Shown piece by piece: positions 16,301 to 26,704 of a stretch of 27,330 nucleotides of DNA. The position numbers and the translations under genes are program-made. This DNA comes from Abditibacteriaceae bacterium (GTDB lineage: Bacteria > Armatimonadota > Abditibacteriia > Abditibacteriales > Abditibacteriaceae), in the NCBI GenBank assembly GCA_031425655.1, contig JANPJS010000268.1, positions 1 to 27,330 on the forward strand. Direction: 5' to 3'. The notes below the pieces were generated by a model. The model worked only from the letters and a program-made list of their open reading frames with translations, was not told where the DNA came from and did not search any database. How positions within the stretch are numbered: position 1 is the first letter of the stretch; each line of letters starts with the position of its first letter.

Positions 16301-19300
16301 CGCTGGAAAATCGCCGATAACCTGCGCCGCAGCCTGCTTCCCGTCGGCACGACGGCGTTTCTTATCGCCGGATGGCTGGCTGGCCCGGCGCCCGCCAAAG
16401 TTGTCACCAGTCTGGTTTTGGGCAGCCTTTTTTGGCCGGTTATCGGCCAGATTTTGGCGTGGGTGACGACCGACCCGACCAATCCGCAAAAGATTAAATA
16501 CCTGCGTCAGGAAGCGACGACGATTCTGCCCAATGTAGTGCGTTCGGCAGTGGGAGTCGCGCTCTTGCCGCACCAAACCGTGCTGGCTTTAGATGCCGTG
16601 TCGCGTGTGATTTATCGCAAGTTTTTCTCGCATAAATTGATGCTCGAATGGGAAACCGCACGAGTAGCCGGGCAATCGGCGGCGCAGCGCGAGCGGCAAT
16701 TTCTCTGGCGTCTGGGGCGAGGCGCCGTGTTCGCGGGCGGCGTGGCTTTGGTCGTGCGCGCCGTCAATCCCGCCGGCTTCGTTTACGCCGCACCGTTTTT
16801 AGCGCCGTGGGCCGCGATGCCCGCCTTAGTCAAGTGGCTAAGCGGTCGCTGGATCGCCCCGCCGCAAGATATTTTGCCCGAAGACAGACAGTATTTGCGG
16901 TGCATTGCGCGCCAAACGTGGCGTTATTTCGATGATTTCATCGGCCCGCAAACCCACTGGCTGGCGCCCGATAATTATCAGGAGCGCCTGCGCGTGGAAA
17001 TCGCCCAACGCACTTCGCCGACCAATATTGGGATGTGGCTTTTAGCGGTCGAAGCGGCGCGTGATTTCGGCTACATCACCGGCGACGATTCCATTGGGCG
17101 CCTGCTTTCCACGCTGAAAAGTCTGGAAAGCATCGAAAAACATCGAGGGCACTTGTTCAACTGGTATCAGGTGCAAACGACGCAGCCCTTAGCGCCGCGC
17201 TATATTTCCGTGGTAGACAGCGGCAATTTACTCGGCTGTTTGTGGACGTTGTCCGAAGGCATCCGCGAACTGAACGACAGCCCGGTGCTGACCAGCACCG
17301 CATTGGATGGCTTAGCCGACACTTTGGCTTTACTGCGCGATTCTTTGGGTTCACAGCCCATCATCGCATCGCTGCAAGATGATCTGACCGAGCTAACGGC
17401 GCTGGTTGAAAATGACGGCACACTGCCGCTCATCGAGATTCTGCAACGCTTGCGCGCTCTCGAAAAGCCATTGGCGCGCGTGTCGGCGGCCATTAACGCC
17501 AATTTTTCCAAAAGCGGCGGACTGCGCCAATTGGCCGACATGGCGGCCTCGACCAGCGACCCGCGCTTTGCCAGCAGCAGCAGCGCCTACTGGATCGCGC
17601 AATTCGCCGCGCAAACCGAATCGTGGCTGCATTTGGCCGAGCGTTATTTGATGTGGGTCGAAATTTTGGCCGAGGCGCCCGAAGAATGGCTGTGGCCTCT
17701 GGGCGAAAACTCTCCGGCACTGCGCCGCGAGCTGTTGCAAAGCGCGCCGTCATTGTCGCAGCTTTCCGCGAATAAAATTGAGGCGCTCAACGAATTGCTC
17801 GGCCACGCGCGCGACGATTTGCCCGAAGCAACCCAATTGTGGCTGGAAAAGCTGCAAAGCGAACTCGGACGCAGTCGTTGGCTGGCCGGCGAAACGATTT
17901 CCGAGGCCGCCGAACTCATTGACCGCGCCGAAAACTTAGCCGATGAAATGGATTTCGGCTTTCTTTACAATGCCGAGCGCAAGCTGTTTCCCATCGGCTT
18001 CAACGTCGAAGAAAACCGCCTCGATACGTCGTTTTACGACTTATTGGCCAGCGAGGCACGCCTCGCCAGTTTCATGGCCGTCGCGCGCGGCGATGTGCCC
18101 GCCGAACACTGGCTGACACTGGGCCGGCGCTTCGGATTGGCGCCGGACGGCTCGCCGGTTTTGCTGAGTTGGAGCGGCACCATGTTCGAGTATTTGATGC
18201 CGCTGATTTTCACCCAGAGCTACGAGAATTCTCTGCTCGACTGGGCTTGCAAACAAGCGGTGCGCCAACAAATGCTTTACGCCAAAGCGCGCAACGTGCC
18301 GTGGGGAATCTCGGAAGCGGCTTTTAGCGCCCTCGACGCGCAGCGCACTTATCAATACAAAGCCTTCGGCGTGCCGACGCTGGGCCTCAAACGCGGACTG
18401 GAAAACGATCTTGTCATCGCGCCTTACGCTTCGCTGATGGCGCTGATGATTGAGCCGCGCGCCGCAATTGCCAACTTGCGCCGCCTCGAAGAATTGGCCA
18501 TGCGCGGCGACTACGGCTTCTACGAAAGCCTTGATTTCAAGCACCAGCAATTGGGCGACGAAGATCGGGGCAGCGCGCCCAGCGGCAAGCGCGGCGTGGT
18601 GGTTCACACTTACATGGTGCATCATCAGGGCATGGCGCTATTGGCCCTCGATAATTTTCTCCACGATTATCCGCTGCGGCGCCGTTTTTCGTCGCAGCCG
18701 TTCGCGCGGGCCGGTTTGCCGCTGCTTTATGAAAGAATTCCCGTCGCGCCGCAAGTTCTCGATGAATCGGTGCGCGAAGCACCGCCCAAACCCGTTACAT
18801 CGGTGGTTTCTCCGGCCTCGACCGAGCGACTTGGAACGGTCAACACGCCCAGTCCGCGCGTGAATTTGCTGTCGAACGGCAAAATGTCGGTTCTGACCAG
18901 CAACGCGGGCGGCGGCTACACACGCTGGAACGGGTTCGACTTAACGCGCTGGCGCGCCGACACTACGCGCGATCAATGGGGCAGTTTTCTTTACATTCGT
19001 GACTTGGAAAGCACTTCAATGTGGTCGGCGGCGCATCAGCCAATTAAGCGCGCCGCGAAGTCTTCGCAGGTTCATTTTCGCCCGGAGAAAACCGAGTTTT
19101 CGCGGCGTGACCACGACATTGAAACGCACCTTGAGATTTTCGTGTCGCCCGAAGACGACGCCGAAATTCGCCTGCTGTCGCTCACCAATTACTCATCGAA
19201 CACGCGCGTTTTAGAAGTCACAAGCTACTGCGAACTGGCGCTCGCGCCGCACAACGCCGACCGCGCGCATCCGGCTTTTTCCAAGCTGTTCATCCAGACT

Positions 19301-22300
19301 GAAGCCTTGCCCGAACGAAGCGCGCTTTTGGCGTGGCGCCGCCTGCGTTCGCCGCACGACACGCCGATTTGGGCCGGCTGCGTTTTAGCGGCGCCGGCAG
19401 CGGCGCCGGCAGCGGCGCCGGCAGCGGCGAGCCAGTTTTCTTACGAAACGGATCGCCTGAATTTTCTCGGTCGCAACCGCACTGCCGAAAACCCGCAAGC
19501 GTTGGGAAATTCGCTGACCAACAGCGCCGGGGCCGTGCTCGATCCGTGTTTCAGTCTGCGCCAGCGCGTGGTTTTGGCGCCGGGACAGCGCGTCGAAATG
19601 GCGTTTACATTAGTCGCCGGCTCGTCGCGCGAAGCCGTTGTGGCACTCATCGAAAAGTTCTCCGATGCGGCTTTGGCGCGACGTGCGCTCGATTTGGCGT
19701 GGACGCACGCGCAATTGGAAATGCACCACCTCAATCTCGACACCGATTTGGTGGGGCAATTCCAACATTTGGCGAGCTATTTAGCTTATCCGTTCGATGC
19801 CCTGCGCGCTCCGGCCAAGCGTCTGCGACAAAACCGCAAAGGCCAGTCGGGATTGTGGGCTTACGGCGTGTCGGGCGATTTGCCGATTATGGTGGTAACT
19901 ATCGGCGACGAACACGACATGGCCCTGGTGCGGCAAGCGATGCAGGCGCACGCCTTTTGGCGCGCACGCGGCTTCGGCGCCGATTTGGTGATTCTCAACG
20001 AGCAGGCCAGCGGCTACAATCAGGAGCTTTCGGAAACGCTGCGCAAAGCCGCGATTTCGTTCGCGCCGCAATTGCCGCAGGAGCAGATTTTCGACCGTCC
20101 GGGCGGCGTTTTCATTCGCCCCGCCGACAAAATACCCGAAGAAGATTTGTCGCTGCTTTTGGCTTCGGCACGCGTGGTTTTGGTCGCGGCGCGCGGCGCG
20201 CTGTCACAACAACTCGGCGCTACGCCGGCCCTGCCGATGCAGCCGCCGCGCCTGACTTATCGCCAGATTAGCGAAGAGCCGTCAGCACCGCTGCCGTTCA
20301 TGGAATTGTCGTATTTCAACTCGGTGGGCGGCTTCACGCCGGACGGGCGCGAATACGCGATTTATCTGACGCCGGGCAGCCACACTCCGGCGCCGTGGGT
20401 CAATGTTATGGCCGGCCCGAATTTCGGCTGCGTGGTCAGCGAAAGCGGGCGCGGCTTTAGCTGGTTCGGCAACAGCCAATCGAACCGCCTGACGCCGTGG
20501 AGCAACGATGCCGTCAGCGAGGGCGCGACCGAAGCGATTTACATTCGTGACGAAGAATCCGGCGTTTACTGGACGCCGACCGCGCTGCCGATTCGAGAAA
20601 ACGACGCTTATCGCGCGCGGCACGGGCAGGGCTACAGCGTTTTCGAGCACAACAGCCACGCGATTGAACAAGAACTCGTGGTTTTCGTGCCGATTGAAGG
20701 CGAACTTGGCGAGAATTCGCCGCCGGTGAAGATTTCGCGGCTGCGCTTGAAAAACGCTTCGTCGCGCACGCGCCATTTGCGCGTAACGCAATACGCCGAC
20801 TGGGTTTTGGGCACCACGCGCGAAGAAATGCAAATGCACCTCACGACAGCGTGGGACACGCAAGAAAGCATTTTGCTGGCGTATAACCATTATCGCCCCG
20901 ATTTCAGCGGGCGCGTCGGCTTCGCCTCGGCCAGTCCGCGCGCACGCTCTTTCAGCAGCGACCGCACAGCGTTTTTAGGGCGCAACGGCTCGCCGTCGCG
21001 CCCCTTAGCGATGGAGCGCCGGCATCTTGACGAACGCTGCGGCGCCGGATTCGATGCCTGCGCCGCCGTGCAAGTGCTGATTGACCTCGAACCCGGCGAA
21101 AGCACCGATGTGATTTTCCTGCTCGGTGAAGCGAACGATGTGGACGAAGCACGCCATTTGGTGCGCCGATTCCGCGACCCGCAGGCCGTCGAAGCCGCCC
21201 TGCACGCTACGAGCGGTTGGTGGAACGAGTTTTTGGGCGCCTTGCAAGTGGATGTGCCCGACCCGGCAGTGAACTTTTTGCTCAATCGCTGGCTTCCGTA
21301 TCAAACGCTGAGTTGCCGCGTCTGGGGCCGCAGCGCGTGGTATCAATCGGGCGGCGCCTTTGGTTTCCGCGATCAATTACAAGACGTGATGTCGCTGCTG
21401 CATTCCAAGCCGCAACTGGCGCGGGCACAGATTCTCAACGCCTCCGCGCATCAATTTGAAGAAGGCGACGTGCAGCATTGGTGGCATCCGCCTTCGGATG
21501 CCGGAGTGCGCACGCGCTTCGCCGACGATTTGCTGTGGCTGCCCTACGCCGTTGCGCAATACATCGAAGTAACCGGCGATTCGGCGATCTTAGACGAGAT
21601 CACGCCGTTTTTGCGCGGAGAACCGCTGAAAGACGACGAGCACGAGGTTTACAACCGTCCACAGATTTCATCGGAAAGCGCGACGATTTTCGAGCACTGC
21701 CGCCGCGCGATTGAAAAAGGCTGCACACACGGCCCGCACGATTTGCCGCTGATCGGCACCGGCGATTGGAACGACGGCTTGAACCGCGTCGGCGTCGAAG
21801 GCAAAGGCGAAAGCGTGTGGATGGGCTGGTTTTTGTGCGATGTGCTGCGTAAATTCGCCGCGCTGTGCGAGTCGCGCGGCGAAGCCCAACTCGCCGCCGA
21901 TTACCGCAAGCGCGCCGCAGATTACGTCGGCGCCATCGAAGAGCACGCTTGGGATGGCGACTGGTATTTGCGCGCCTTTTTCGACGACGGCTCGCCGATG
22001 GGCAGCAAAACCTGCGAAGAAGCGAAAATTGATTCTCTGCCGCAAAGTTGGGCCGTCATCAGCGGCGCGGGCGACGAAAAGCGCATCGCTCCGGCCTTGC
22101 AAGCCGCCGAAACGCATCTGGTTAAGCCCGATGACGAGATGATTTTGCTTTTCACGCCGGCTTTCGACCAAACCGAGCAAGACCCCGGCTACATCAAGGG
22201 CTATTTGCCCGGCGTGCGCGAAAACGGCGGCCAATACACGCACGCCGCGACGTGGCTGGCCTTAGCGTTTGCCGAGCGCGGCGACGGCGACAAAGCCGTG

Positions 22301-22771
22301 CAGCTTTTGCGAATGCTGAACCCGGTCGAACACGCGCGCGAACCCGAAGATGTATGGCGCTACAAAGTCGAGCCGTATGTTGTCGTCGCCGATGTTTACG
22401 CGCTGGAAGGCAAAGTCGGGCGCGGCGGCTGGACGTGGTATACCGGCTCGGCCAGTTGGCTGTATCGCGTGTGGATCGAAGCTGTGCTCGGCTTCAAATT
22501 GCACGGCGACGAGTTGGAAATCAACCCGGTTTTGCCGCGTGACTGGCGCGAATTCACCATGACGTATCGGCGTGGCGGCGCGACCTATCACATCCACGTC
22601 GCCAACCCCGACGGCGCAAGCTCCGGCATCACGTCCGTCGAAATGAATGGTGTGATTTTGCCGTCGAATCGCATTCCGTTGGCCGATGATGGCCAAACGC
22701 ATGAGGTGCGGGTGCGTATGGGCGAGGCGTTGCCGCCTGACGACCGAGGAGCGTTTGGTGTGCGCCCATAG
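13367..22771 (+). CDS. ndvB: Cyclic beta-1,2-glucan synthase with C-terminal GH94 phosphorylase (NdvB/Cgs/ChvB family)
   Basis: AEWLLDN, ELWALP, ERKRGKL, TLDADT, LLSHDLLEG, RQHRWIRGDWQ, TSPTNIG, YDLLASEARL, PWGISEA, GFRDQLQD, GDWNDG, RENGGQYTH. ATG 13367 is preceded by GAAAGG. Confidence 0.95.
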   Translation: MSKTGLILAFYRDHEAANETLALLRQKGLRRCATLRRRADGRFTLKRGGLPSEAAVALGGAVGTLLGRYLPLPRAANAALAPVLGAAAGATLGYFGAQGADGSLPEAVLRRQRVWLLRGDTVVVAQASGDRLSDIMDVLRDSGQPAVFVLRGGQEFHEEADETTLRGENLSSEQFREAARRLSARHRDAEPPHGSHSQSHRRLIQRLKANNRVIAEATKSLLQAARLDIPVSIAAEWLLDNGYIVEGQTKDALHNLSRQFYEELPVLPSQVAATLAQAGHLPQHDVPRVYALAVELVAQADSRLDKANIAEFVQAYQATTPLTMGELWALPLMLRVAIVENLRRLASRIARHQHDREQAALWANRLLNAAHHDADNLPRLFADLAQKHPRPGAHFADRLVSNLFDEEAALLPARSWLESSLRVSLDEAQRDDQRRQAIDQVTVANCVTSLKHLGDLDWNTVFEGLSLVESELHHDPSGVYAAMNFATRDRYRHEVEILARGSKISEGEIARRVVALSGEADLDAPDEMRRHIGHYLLGDGRAEFEAGLSFQPRLGLQIHRFLQNSATPLYLGSIAVGTGSVLALGAYLGRRAGTRLSTPLLLLGFLPASEIAAQLVNYLVTRTLPSEALPKMDFEGGVPGEWKTIVVVPTLLTSEESIKDDVEQLEIHYLASGERSLRFALLGDFADAPEAHLPTDDAILKAAQGGINELNARYSHGEGDRFFLFNRGRMWSDSENRWMGTERKRGKLEELNRYLKGEWSGSPDESHPVAGDETQLADIRFVITLDADTQMPHDTAQRLIETLAHPLNRPQWKIEEAQSSSLIPPPSSLIRRGYTLIQPRVTTTLPSATATRFARWFSDSMGRDPYTHVVSDVHQDLFKEGSYHGKGIYDLDAFHAVLNHRFPSATLLSHDLLEGAHVRVGYASDIEFLDDFPANYLTFAKRQHRWIRGDWQILDWIFNAVPTAQLNVRVANPLSTISRWKIADNLRRSLLPVGTTAFLIAGWLAGPAPAKVVTSLVLGSLFWPVIGQILAWVTTDPTNPQKIKYLRQEATTILPNVVRSAVGVALLPHQTVLALDAVSRVIYRKFFSHKLMLEWETARVAGQSAAQRERQFLWRLGRGAVFAGGVALVVRAVNPAGFVYAAPFLAPWAAMPALVKWLSGRWIAPPQDILPEDRQYLRCIARQTWRYFDDFIGPQTHWLAPDNYQERLRVEIAQRTSPTNIGMWLLAVEAARDFGYITGDDSIGRLLSTLKSLESIEKHRGHLFNWYQVQTTQPLAPRYISVVDSGNLLGCLWTLSEGIRELNDSPVLTSTALDGLADTLALLRDSLGSQPIIASLQDDLTELTALVENDGTLPLIEILQRLRALEKPLARVSAAINANFSKSGGLRQLADMAASTSDPRFASSSSAYWIAQFAAQTESWLHLAERYLMWVEILAEAPEEWLWPLGENSPALRRELLQSAPSLSQLSANKIEALNELLGHARDDLPEATQLWLEKLQSELGRSRWLAGETISEAAELIDRAENLADEMDFGFLYNAERKLFPIGFNVEENRLDTSFYDLLASEARLASFMAVARGDVPAEHWLTLGRRFGLAPDGSPVLLSWSGTMFEYLMPLIFTQSYENSLLDWACKQAVRQQMLYAKARNVPWGISEAAFSALDAQRTYQYKAFGVPTLGLKRGLENDLVIAPYASLMALMIEPRAAIANLRRLEELAMRGDYGFYESLDFKHQQLGDEDRGSAPSGKRGVVVHTYMVHHQGMALLALDNFLHDYPLRRRFSSQPFARAGLPLLYERIPVAPQVLDESVREAPPKPVTSVVSPASTERLGTVNTPSPRVNLLSNGKMSVLTSNAGGGYTRWNGFDLTRWRADTTRDQWGSFLYIRDLESTSMWSAAHQPIKRAAKSSQVHFRPEKTEFSRRDHDIETHLEIFVSPEDDAEIRLLSLTNYSSNTRVLEVTSYCELALAPHNADRAHPAFSKLFIQTEALPERSALLAWRRLRSPHDTPIWAGCVLAAPAAAPAAAPAAASQFSYETDRLNFLGRNRTAENPQALGNSLTNSAGAVLDPCFSLRQRVVLAPGQRVEMAFTLVAGSSREAVVALIEKFSDAALARRALDLAWTHAQLEMHHLNLDTDLVGQFQHLASYLAYPFDALRAPAKRLRQNRKGQSGLWAYGVSGDLPIMVVTIGDEHDMALVRQAMQAHAFWRARGFGADLVILNEQASGYNQELSETLRKAAISFAPQLPQEQIFDRPGGVFIRPADKIPEEDLSLLLASARVVLVAARGALSQQLGATPALPMQPPRLTYRQISEEPSAPLPFMELSYFNSVGGFTPDGREYAIYLTPGSHTPAPWVNVMAGPNFGCVVSESGRGFSWFGNSQSNRLTPWSNDAVSEGATEAIYIRDEESGVYWTPTALPIRENDAYRARHGQGYSVFEHNSHAIEQELVVFVPIEGELGENSPPVKISRLRLKNASSRTRHLRVTQYADWVLGTTREEMQMHLTTAWDTQESILLAYNHYRPDFSGRVGFASASPRARSFSSDRTAFLGRNGSPSRPLAMERRHLDERCGAGFDACAAVQVLIDLEPGESTDVIFLLGEANDVDEARHLVRRFRDPQAVEAALHATSGWWNEFLGALQVDVPDPAVNFLLNRWLPYQTLSCRVWGRSAWYQSGGAFGFRDQLQDVMSLLHSKPQLARAQILNASAHQFEEGDVQHWWHPPSDAGVRTRFADDLLWLPYAVAQYIEVTGDSAILDEITPFLRGEPLKDDEHEVYNRPQISSESATIFEHCRRAIEKGCTHGPHDLPLIGTGDWNDGLNRVGVEGKGESVWMGWFLCDVLRKFAALCESRGEAQLAADYRKRAADYVGAIEEHAWDGDWYLRAFFDDGSPMGSKTCEEAKIDSLPQSWAVISGAGDEKRIAPALQAAETHLVKPDDEMILLFTPAFDQTEQDPGYIKGYLPGVRENGGQYTHAATWLALAFAERGDGDKAVQLLRMLNPVEHAREPEDVWRYKVEPYVVVADVYALEGKVGRGGWTWYTGSASWLYRVWIEAVLGFKLHGDELEINPVLPRDWREFTMTYRRGGATYHIHVANPDGASSGITSVEMNGVILPSNRIPLADDGQTHEVRVRMGEALPPDDRGAFGVRP
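15823..15852 (+). repeat. Single arm of the 7-mer TCATCCC/TCCGCCC repeat family inside ndvB, in frame
   Basis: TTCATCCCTCATCCCTCCGCCCTCATCCCT is built from the same units as 4040-4070 and encodes SSLIPPPSSL. Confidence 0.85.
19387..19429 (+). repeat. 12-bp in-frame tandem repeat AGCGGCGCCGGC x3.6
   Basis: Perfect copies at 19387, 19399 and 19411 plus a partial copy; encodes AAPAAAPAAAPAAA. Confidence 0.9.
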
Positions 22772-22966
22772 TCATCAAGCTAAGGCATTTTGCGCGTGCA
22801 AAGAATGGGTTTGCTGCTCCCACCCCATTGAAATGGGGCGCTACGATTACAAAGTCCGCCTTCGCGGACTCGAAATTTAGTCCGCGAAGGCGGACTTCGT
22901 AGCAGTAGACCCCGATTTCAATCGGGGGAGAGCAAGCGGGCCATGCCTTAGCTTGATGACTATGGG
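22765..22966. mobile_element. MITE-like element with perfect 24-bp terminal inverted repeats
   Basis: CCCATAGTCATCAAGCTAAGGCAT (22765-22788) is the exact reverse complement of 22943-22966. No clear target duplication. Provides the ndvB TAG stop. Confidence 0.7.
22823..22928. repeat. Inverted pair of GTAG-type double-hairpin REP-like elements
   Basis: AGTCCGC-GAAG-GCGGACT hairpin, then GTAG followed by CCCCGATT-TC-AATCGGGG; a diverged inverted copy lies at 22823-22870. Confidence 0.85.
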
Positions 22967-23054
22967 TCATGCCCCTACAATCGCCTATTCGGAAACAATT
23001 AGCCCGACTTATGCAAGAGGTCTAATATTTTGAGAGTGCTGACAACACGCACCT

Positions 23055-24071
23055 TCAAACCAGAGTTTCGTGCGGCAGCGTCAAAAACGCCTTCACCACG
23101 CGCTCGTCAAACTGATTGCCGCCTTGAGCCTCAATCTCAGCCGTAGCTTCGACCACCGGCCACGCTTTTTTATAGGGGCGCTCGTGGGTGAGAGCGTCGA
23201 AGACATCGGCGACCGCGACAATGCGACCGATTTGCGGAATCGCTTCGCCGCTCAGCCCTGCCGGATAACCGCGCCCATTCCAGCGTTCGTGATGCGAAAG
23301 CGCAATGGTTTCCGCCAGTTGCAGCCACGGCGAGCTGCTGCCTGAAAGAATTCTGGCTCCGATGACGGAGTGTTGCTTCATTGTTACGAACTCTTCGTCG
23401 GTCAATTTGCCGGTCTTGAGCAAAATGCCGTCGGCAATGCCAATTTTCCCCACGTCGTGCAGTGGCGCGGCGCGGAGTATCAAATCCACCTGTGCCGGGG
23501 GCAAGCCCAGCGCTTCGGCGATACGACCGGCAGTCATTCCCACCCGCTTGGCGTGAAGTCCCGTGTCGTCATCGCGGTATTCGGCGGCCAGCGCCAGCCG
23601 CTGCAAGGTTTCCAATTGCGCCTTTTCCAAATCGTGGGTGCGTTCGCGCACCTTTTCTTCCAGAATTTGATTCTGAAAGCGAGTGTGCAACAGGTTGTTG
23701 AGACGCAGCAGCACTTCGCTGGTGTCGAGCGGCTTTGAGAGAAAATCTTTGGCGCCCCCGGCCAACGCCCTGCGTTTGGTCTGCGGTGTGGTGTCGGCGG
23801 TCAGCACCAAGATCGGCAGATAGCTTTCCTCCTCGACGTGCGATTTCAGTTGCCCCATCACCTCGAAGCCGTCCAAGTGTGGCATGTGCAAGTCCAAAAG
23901 GATGATGTCGGGCTGGAAATCCTGAAAGCGAGAAACAGCTTCACGCGCATCAGTCGTGCTACATAGGGTGGAGTAGCCCGCCTCTTGGAGGACAATCTCC
24001 AAAAAGCGGACATTGGCCGGCTCGTCGTCCACGATGAGAATTTTCGCGTCTTTCAGAATCGTGTCAAACAT
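23055..24071 (-). CDS. REC + HD-GYP response regulator (RpfG-like c-di-GMP phosphodiesterase)
   Basis: [58 protein letters not shown] at 24071 (TTG 24077 is an alternative). Confidence 0.94.
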   Translation of the reverse strand: MFDTILKDAKILIVDDEPANVRFLEIVLQEAGYSTLCSTTDAREAVSRFQDFQPDIILLDLHMPHLDGFEVMGQLKSHVEEESYLPILVLTADTTPQTKRRALAGGAKDFLSKPLDTSEVLLRLNNLLHTRFQNQILEEKVRERTHDLEKAQLETLQRLALAAEYRDDDTGLHAKRVGMTAGRIAEALGLPPAQVDLILRAAPLHDVGKIGIADGILLKTGKLTDEEFVTMKQHSVIGARILSGSSSPWLQLAETIALSHHERWNGRGYPAGLSGEAIPQIGRIVAVADVFDALTHERPYKKAWPVVEATAEIEAQGGNQFDERVVKAFLTLPHETLV

Positions 24072-24073
24072 GG

Positions 24074-26551
24074 TCAATGGCCTTTCTGGAGAAATTCGTC
24101 CAGCACCCGCAACATTTCCTTCACGTTCAGCGGTTTGGTGAGATAGGCGTTGGCGCCGACTGCCATCAGGCGCTCAATTTGTGTCTCAGTGGCATCGGCA
24201 CTGACGATCACGACCGGAATCTCAGCCGTTTCAGGAAAAGCCCGCAGGCGGCGCAAAACTTCGTCGCCGTCAATGTCAGGAAGATGCACGTCCAACAGAA
24301 TCAGGTCAGGCCGGTGCAGTTGGGCCATCTCAAGCCCGATGCTGCCCTGCATGGCACCGATGAGTTTAACGCCGGGACGTTCCGCCAAGATGGCCTCGAT
24401 GAGCCGGTAATTGGAGAGGTTGTCTTCGATGGAAAGCACGGTGCAAGCGAGTTCCGGGTGAACCTCACCGTCCGGCTCCAAACTGTTCTCCGGCAGACCA
24501 TTGGTTTGCAGCGGAGATTCCGCCAACGGCAACTCGATGAAAAACGTGCTGCCCTCGCCCGGCACGCTTTCGACGCCAATCGTGCCGCCCATCGCCTCGA
24601 TCAGCCGGTGCGAAAGCGTGAGGCCCAACCCGGTGCCCTCAACGCCGGTCTTATCGGCGCTCAAACGCTCAAAGGGCACGAAAAGCAGTTTTACTTCGTC
24701 CGCTGTGAGGCCGTAGCCGGTATCGCTCACTTCAATTCGCACCCGGTCTGCGGCCACCTCCCGGCAAGCCACCGTGACACTGCCGCCCTGGCGATTGTAT
24801 TTCACGGCGTTGGTGAGCAGGTTGATGAGAACTTGCTTCAGTCGCTGCCGGTCAGCCAAAACGTGAATCCGGCCCTTGATTCCCGCAAAGTCCGTGATAT
24901 GAACATCATATTTCGGCGCGAGCGGCCACACGAGATCAAGCGACTCGGCCAGCACATCGTCCACGGCAATCGGCTCAATGGAGAGTGAAATACGACCGGC
25001 TTCAATGCGAGCAATATCCAATATCTCATTGATGAGTTCGAGAAGATGCCGTCCGCCCTTCAAGATGTGCCCGACACTCTCGTTTTCCAAGTCGCCCAGA
25101 TCGCGCCTTTCCAGAATTTGGCCGAAGCCTAAAATTGCATTGAGCGGGGTGCGTAATTCGTGGCTCATGCGCGAGAGGAACTCGCTTTTGGCACGGTTGG
25201 CGCGTTCGGCTTCCTCTTTGGCCTCTTGCAGGGCGATCTCGGCCCGCTTGCGCTCGCTGATGTCACGCGCCATGCCGACGATGCCGCTGATCTCGCCCTG
25301 CATGTCGCGCAGCACTCCTTTTGTCACCAGAAAGGTGTGCGTGACGCCGTCCTCCTGCGCGGCGCGCAGCACGCCTTTGGTCACCAGATGGGTGCGCGTG
25401 ACGCCATCCTCGACGGTGGTTTCTTCGTAGGTTTGCGTGTTCCCGGCGGCTAAGATGCGGCGGTCGGCCTCCATGATGACGTGCGCCGTTTCCGGCGAAA
25501 AGAGGTCGGTGTCGAGCTTACCGAGGACTTCCTCCGGGGTCATGCCCCGGTAGCGGGCGCCGGAGGAGTTGATCATCAAATAGCGGCCTTGCAAATCTTT
25601 CACGAAGATGCAGTCGGTGGTGCTCTCGGTCACGGCGCGCAACAGATCGTGGTTTTCACGCAACGCGCCCTCAATCCGCTCGCGCTCCACGAGTGTGTTG
25701 CTCAATACCTCGTTCGTGGCGGCCAACGCGGCGGTGCGTTCCGCGACGCGGATTTCCAACTCGTCATTAGCTTTTTGCAGCGATTCCGCCGCCTGCCGGC
25801 GCGCGGTGATGTCTTCCTTCACGGCCACAAAATGAGTAATGCCGCCGGCCTCGTCGAAGATGGGGGAAATGGAAGCAGTCTCCCAAAACAACTCGCCGTT
25901 CTTTTTGCGATTGTGGAACACGCCCTGCCATTCACGCCCGGCGGTGATGGTTTCCCAAAGTTCCCGGTAAGTTTCCGGCGGCGTTTCATTAGAATTGAGA
26001 ACGCGCAGATTCTGCCCCTGAACCTCTTCGAGAGCGTAGCCGGTCGTCTGCGTGAACTTGGGATTGACGTATTCGGTATTCCCGGCGGCGTCGGTGATGA
26101 CAATCGAAACCGGGCTTTGCTCGACGGCGCGCGACAGTTTCCGCAGTTGCGCCGCAGAGCGTCGCATCTCGGCACGCAGGTGATATTGCTCCATCGCCTG
26201 CTGCACCGCCTGTCCCAGACGACCCAAGCGGTCTTTGAGCACGAAATCGGTGGCGCCCTGTTTCATGCACAGCACGGCCTGCTCGTCGCCGACCGCGCCG
26301 GTGACGACGATGAAGGGAACGTCCAGATCACGCTGCTGCCGCAGTTCGAGCGCGTGCGGCGCGTCGAACTGCGGCAGTGAATAATCCGCTAAAATGATGT
26401 CGAGATTTTCGTCCAGATGGGCGAGGTAATCCGCCTCTGTTTCGACGCGCTGCCAGAGTGGAGCGAAGCCGTCCTGCCGCAGTTGGTGCAGCACCAATTC
26501 GGCGTCGTCGGGGTTGTCTTCGAGGAGTAGAACGCGTAGCGGGGTAGCCAT
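24074..26551 (-). CDS. Cytoplasmic hybrid histidine kinase REC-PAS-PAS-HisKA-HATPase-REC
   Basis: N-terminal REC (LEDN, ADYSLP), two PAS/PAC domains (KEDIT, RDISERK), [10 protein letters not shown]-box, [22 protein letters not shown]-terminal REC (LLDVHLP, KP). No TM helices seen. Confidence 0.94.
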   Translation of the reverse strand: MATPLRVLLLEDNPDDAELVLHQLRQDGFAPLWQRVETEADYLAHLDENLDIILADYSLPQFDAPHALELRQQRDLDVPFIVVTGAVGDEQAVLCMKQGATDFVLKDRLGRLGQAVQQAMEQYHLRAEMRRSAAQLRKLSRAVEQSPVSIVITDAAGNTEYVNPKFTQTTGYALEEVQGQNLRVLNSNETPPETYRELWETITAGREWQGVFHNRKKNGELFWETASISPIFDEAGGITHFVAVKEDITARRQAAESLQKANDELEIRVAERTAALAATNEVLSNTLVERERIEGALRENHDLLRAVTESTTDCIFVKDLQGRYLMINSSGARYRGMTPEEVLGKLDTDLFSPETAHVIMEADRRILAAGNTQTYEETTVEDGVTRTHLVTKGVLRAAQEDGVTHTFLVTKGVLRDMQGEISGIVGMARDISERKRAEIALQEAKEEAERANRAKSEFLSRMSHELRTPLNAILGFGQILERRDLGDLENESVGHILKGGRHLLELINEILDIARIEAGRISLSIEPIAVDDVLAESLDLVWPLAPKYDVHITDFAGIKGRIHVLADRQRLKQVLINLLTNAVKYNRQGGSVTVACREVAADRVRIEVSDTGYGLTADEVKLLFVPFERLSADKTGVEGTGLGLTLSHRLIEAMGGTIGVESVPGEGSTFFIELPLAESPLQTNGLPENSLEPDGEVHPELACTVLSIEDNLSNYRLIEAILAERPGVKLIGAMQGSIGLEMAQLHRPDLILLDVHLPDIDGDEVLRRLRAFPETAEIPVVIVSADATETQIERLMAVGANAYLTKPLNVKEMLRVLDEFLQKGH

Positions 26552-26565
26552 GTTTTTTTGCCTTA

Positions 26566-26704
26566 GAGTTCCTAAAAGAATGAGAAATAGCAGGTGTCGG
26601 TCATTTTCTGGATTCCCGCCCCACGCCTTCGCGGGGGCAGGCTCTGCGAAGGCGTGGGGCGGGAATCCAGAAAAACACGGACGCTTCTTTAAATTTAGGA
26701 ACTC
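26566..26704. mobile_element. MITE-like element with 11-bp TIRs (GAGTTCCTAAA) and TTA target duplication
   Basis: 26566-26576 is the exact reverse complement of 26694-26704. TTA at 26563-26565 and 26705-26707. Confidence 0.55.
26604..26674. repeat. Perfect 29-bp hairpin of the ATTCCC...GGGAAT repeat family
   Basis: 26604-26632 is the exact reverse complement of 26646-26674 with a 13-nt loop. Shares the ATTCCCGC / GCGAAGGCG core with 27313-27330. Confidence 0.88.

Noticed and set aside
19333..20271. Long alternative-frame or antisense ORFs (also 24077-24988, 25481-26380, 12139-12870, 15872-16576)
   Set aside because: Shadow ORFs typical of GC-rich coding DNA, lying almost entirely within well-supported genes.
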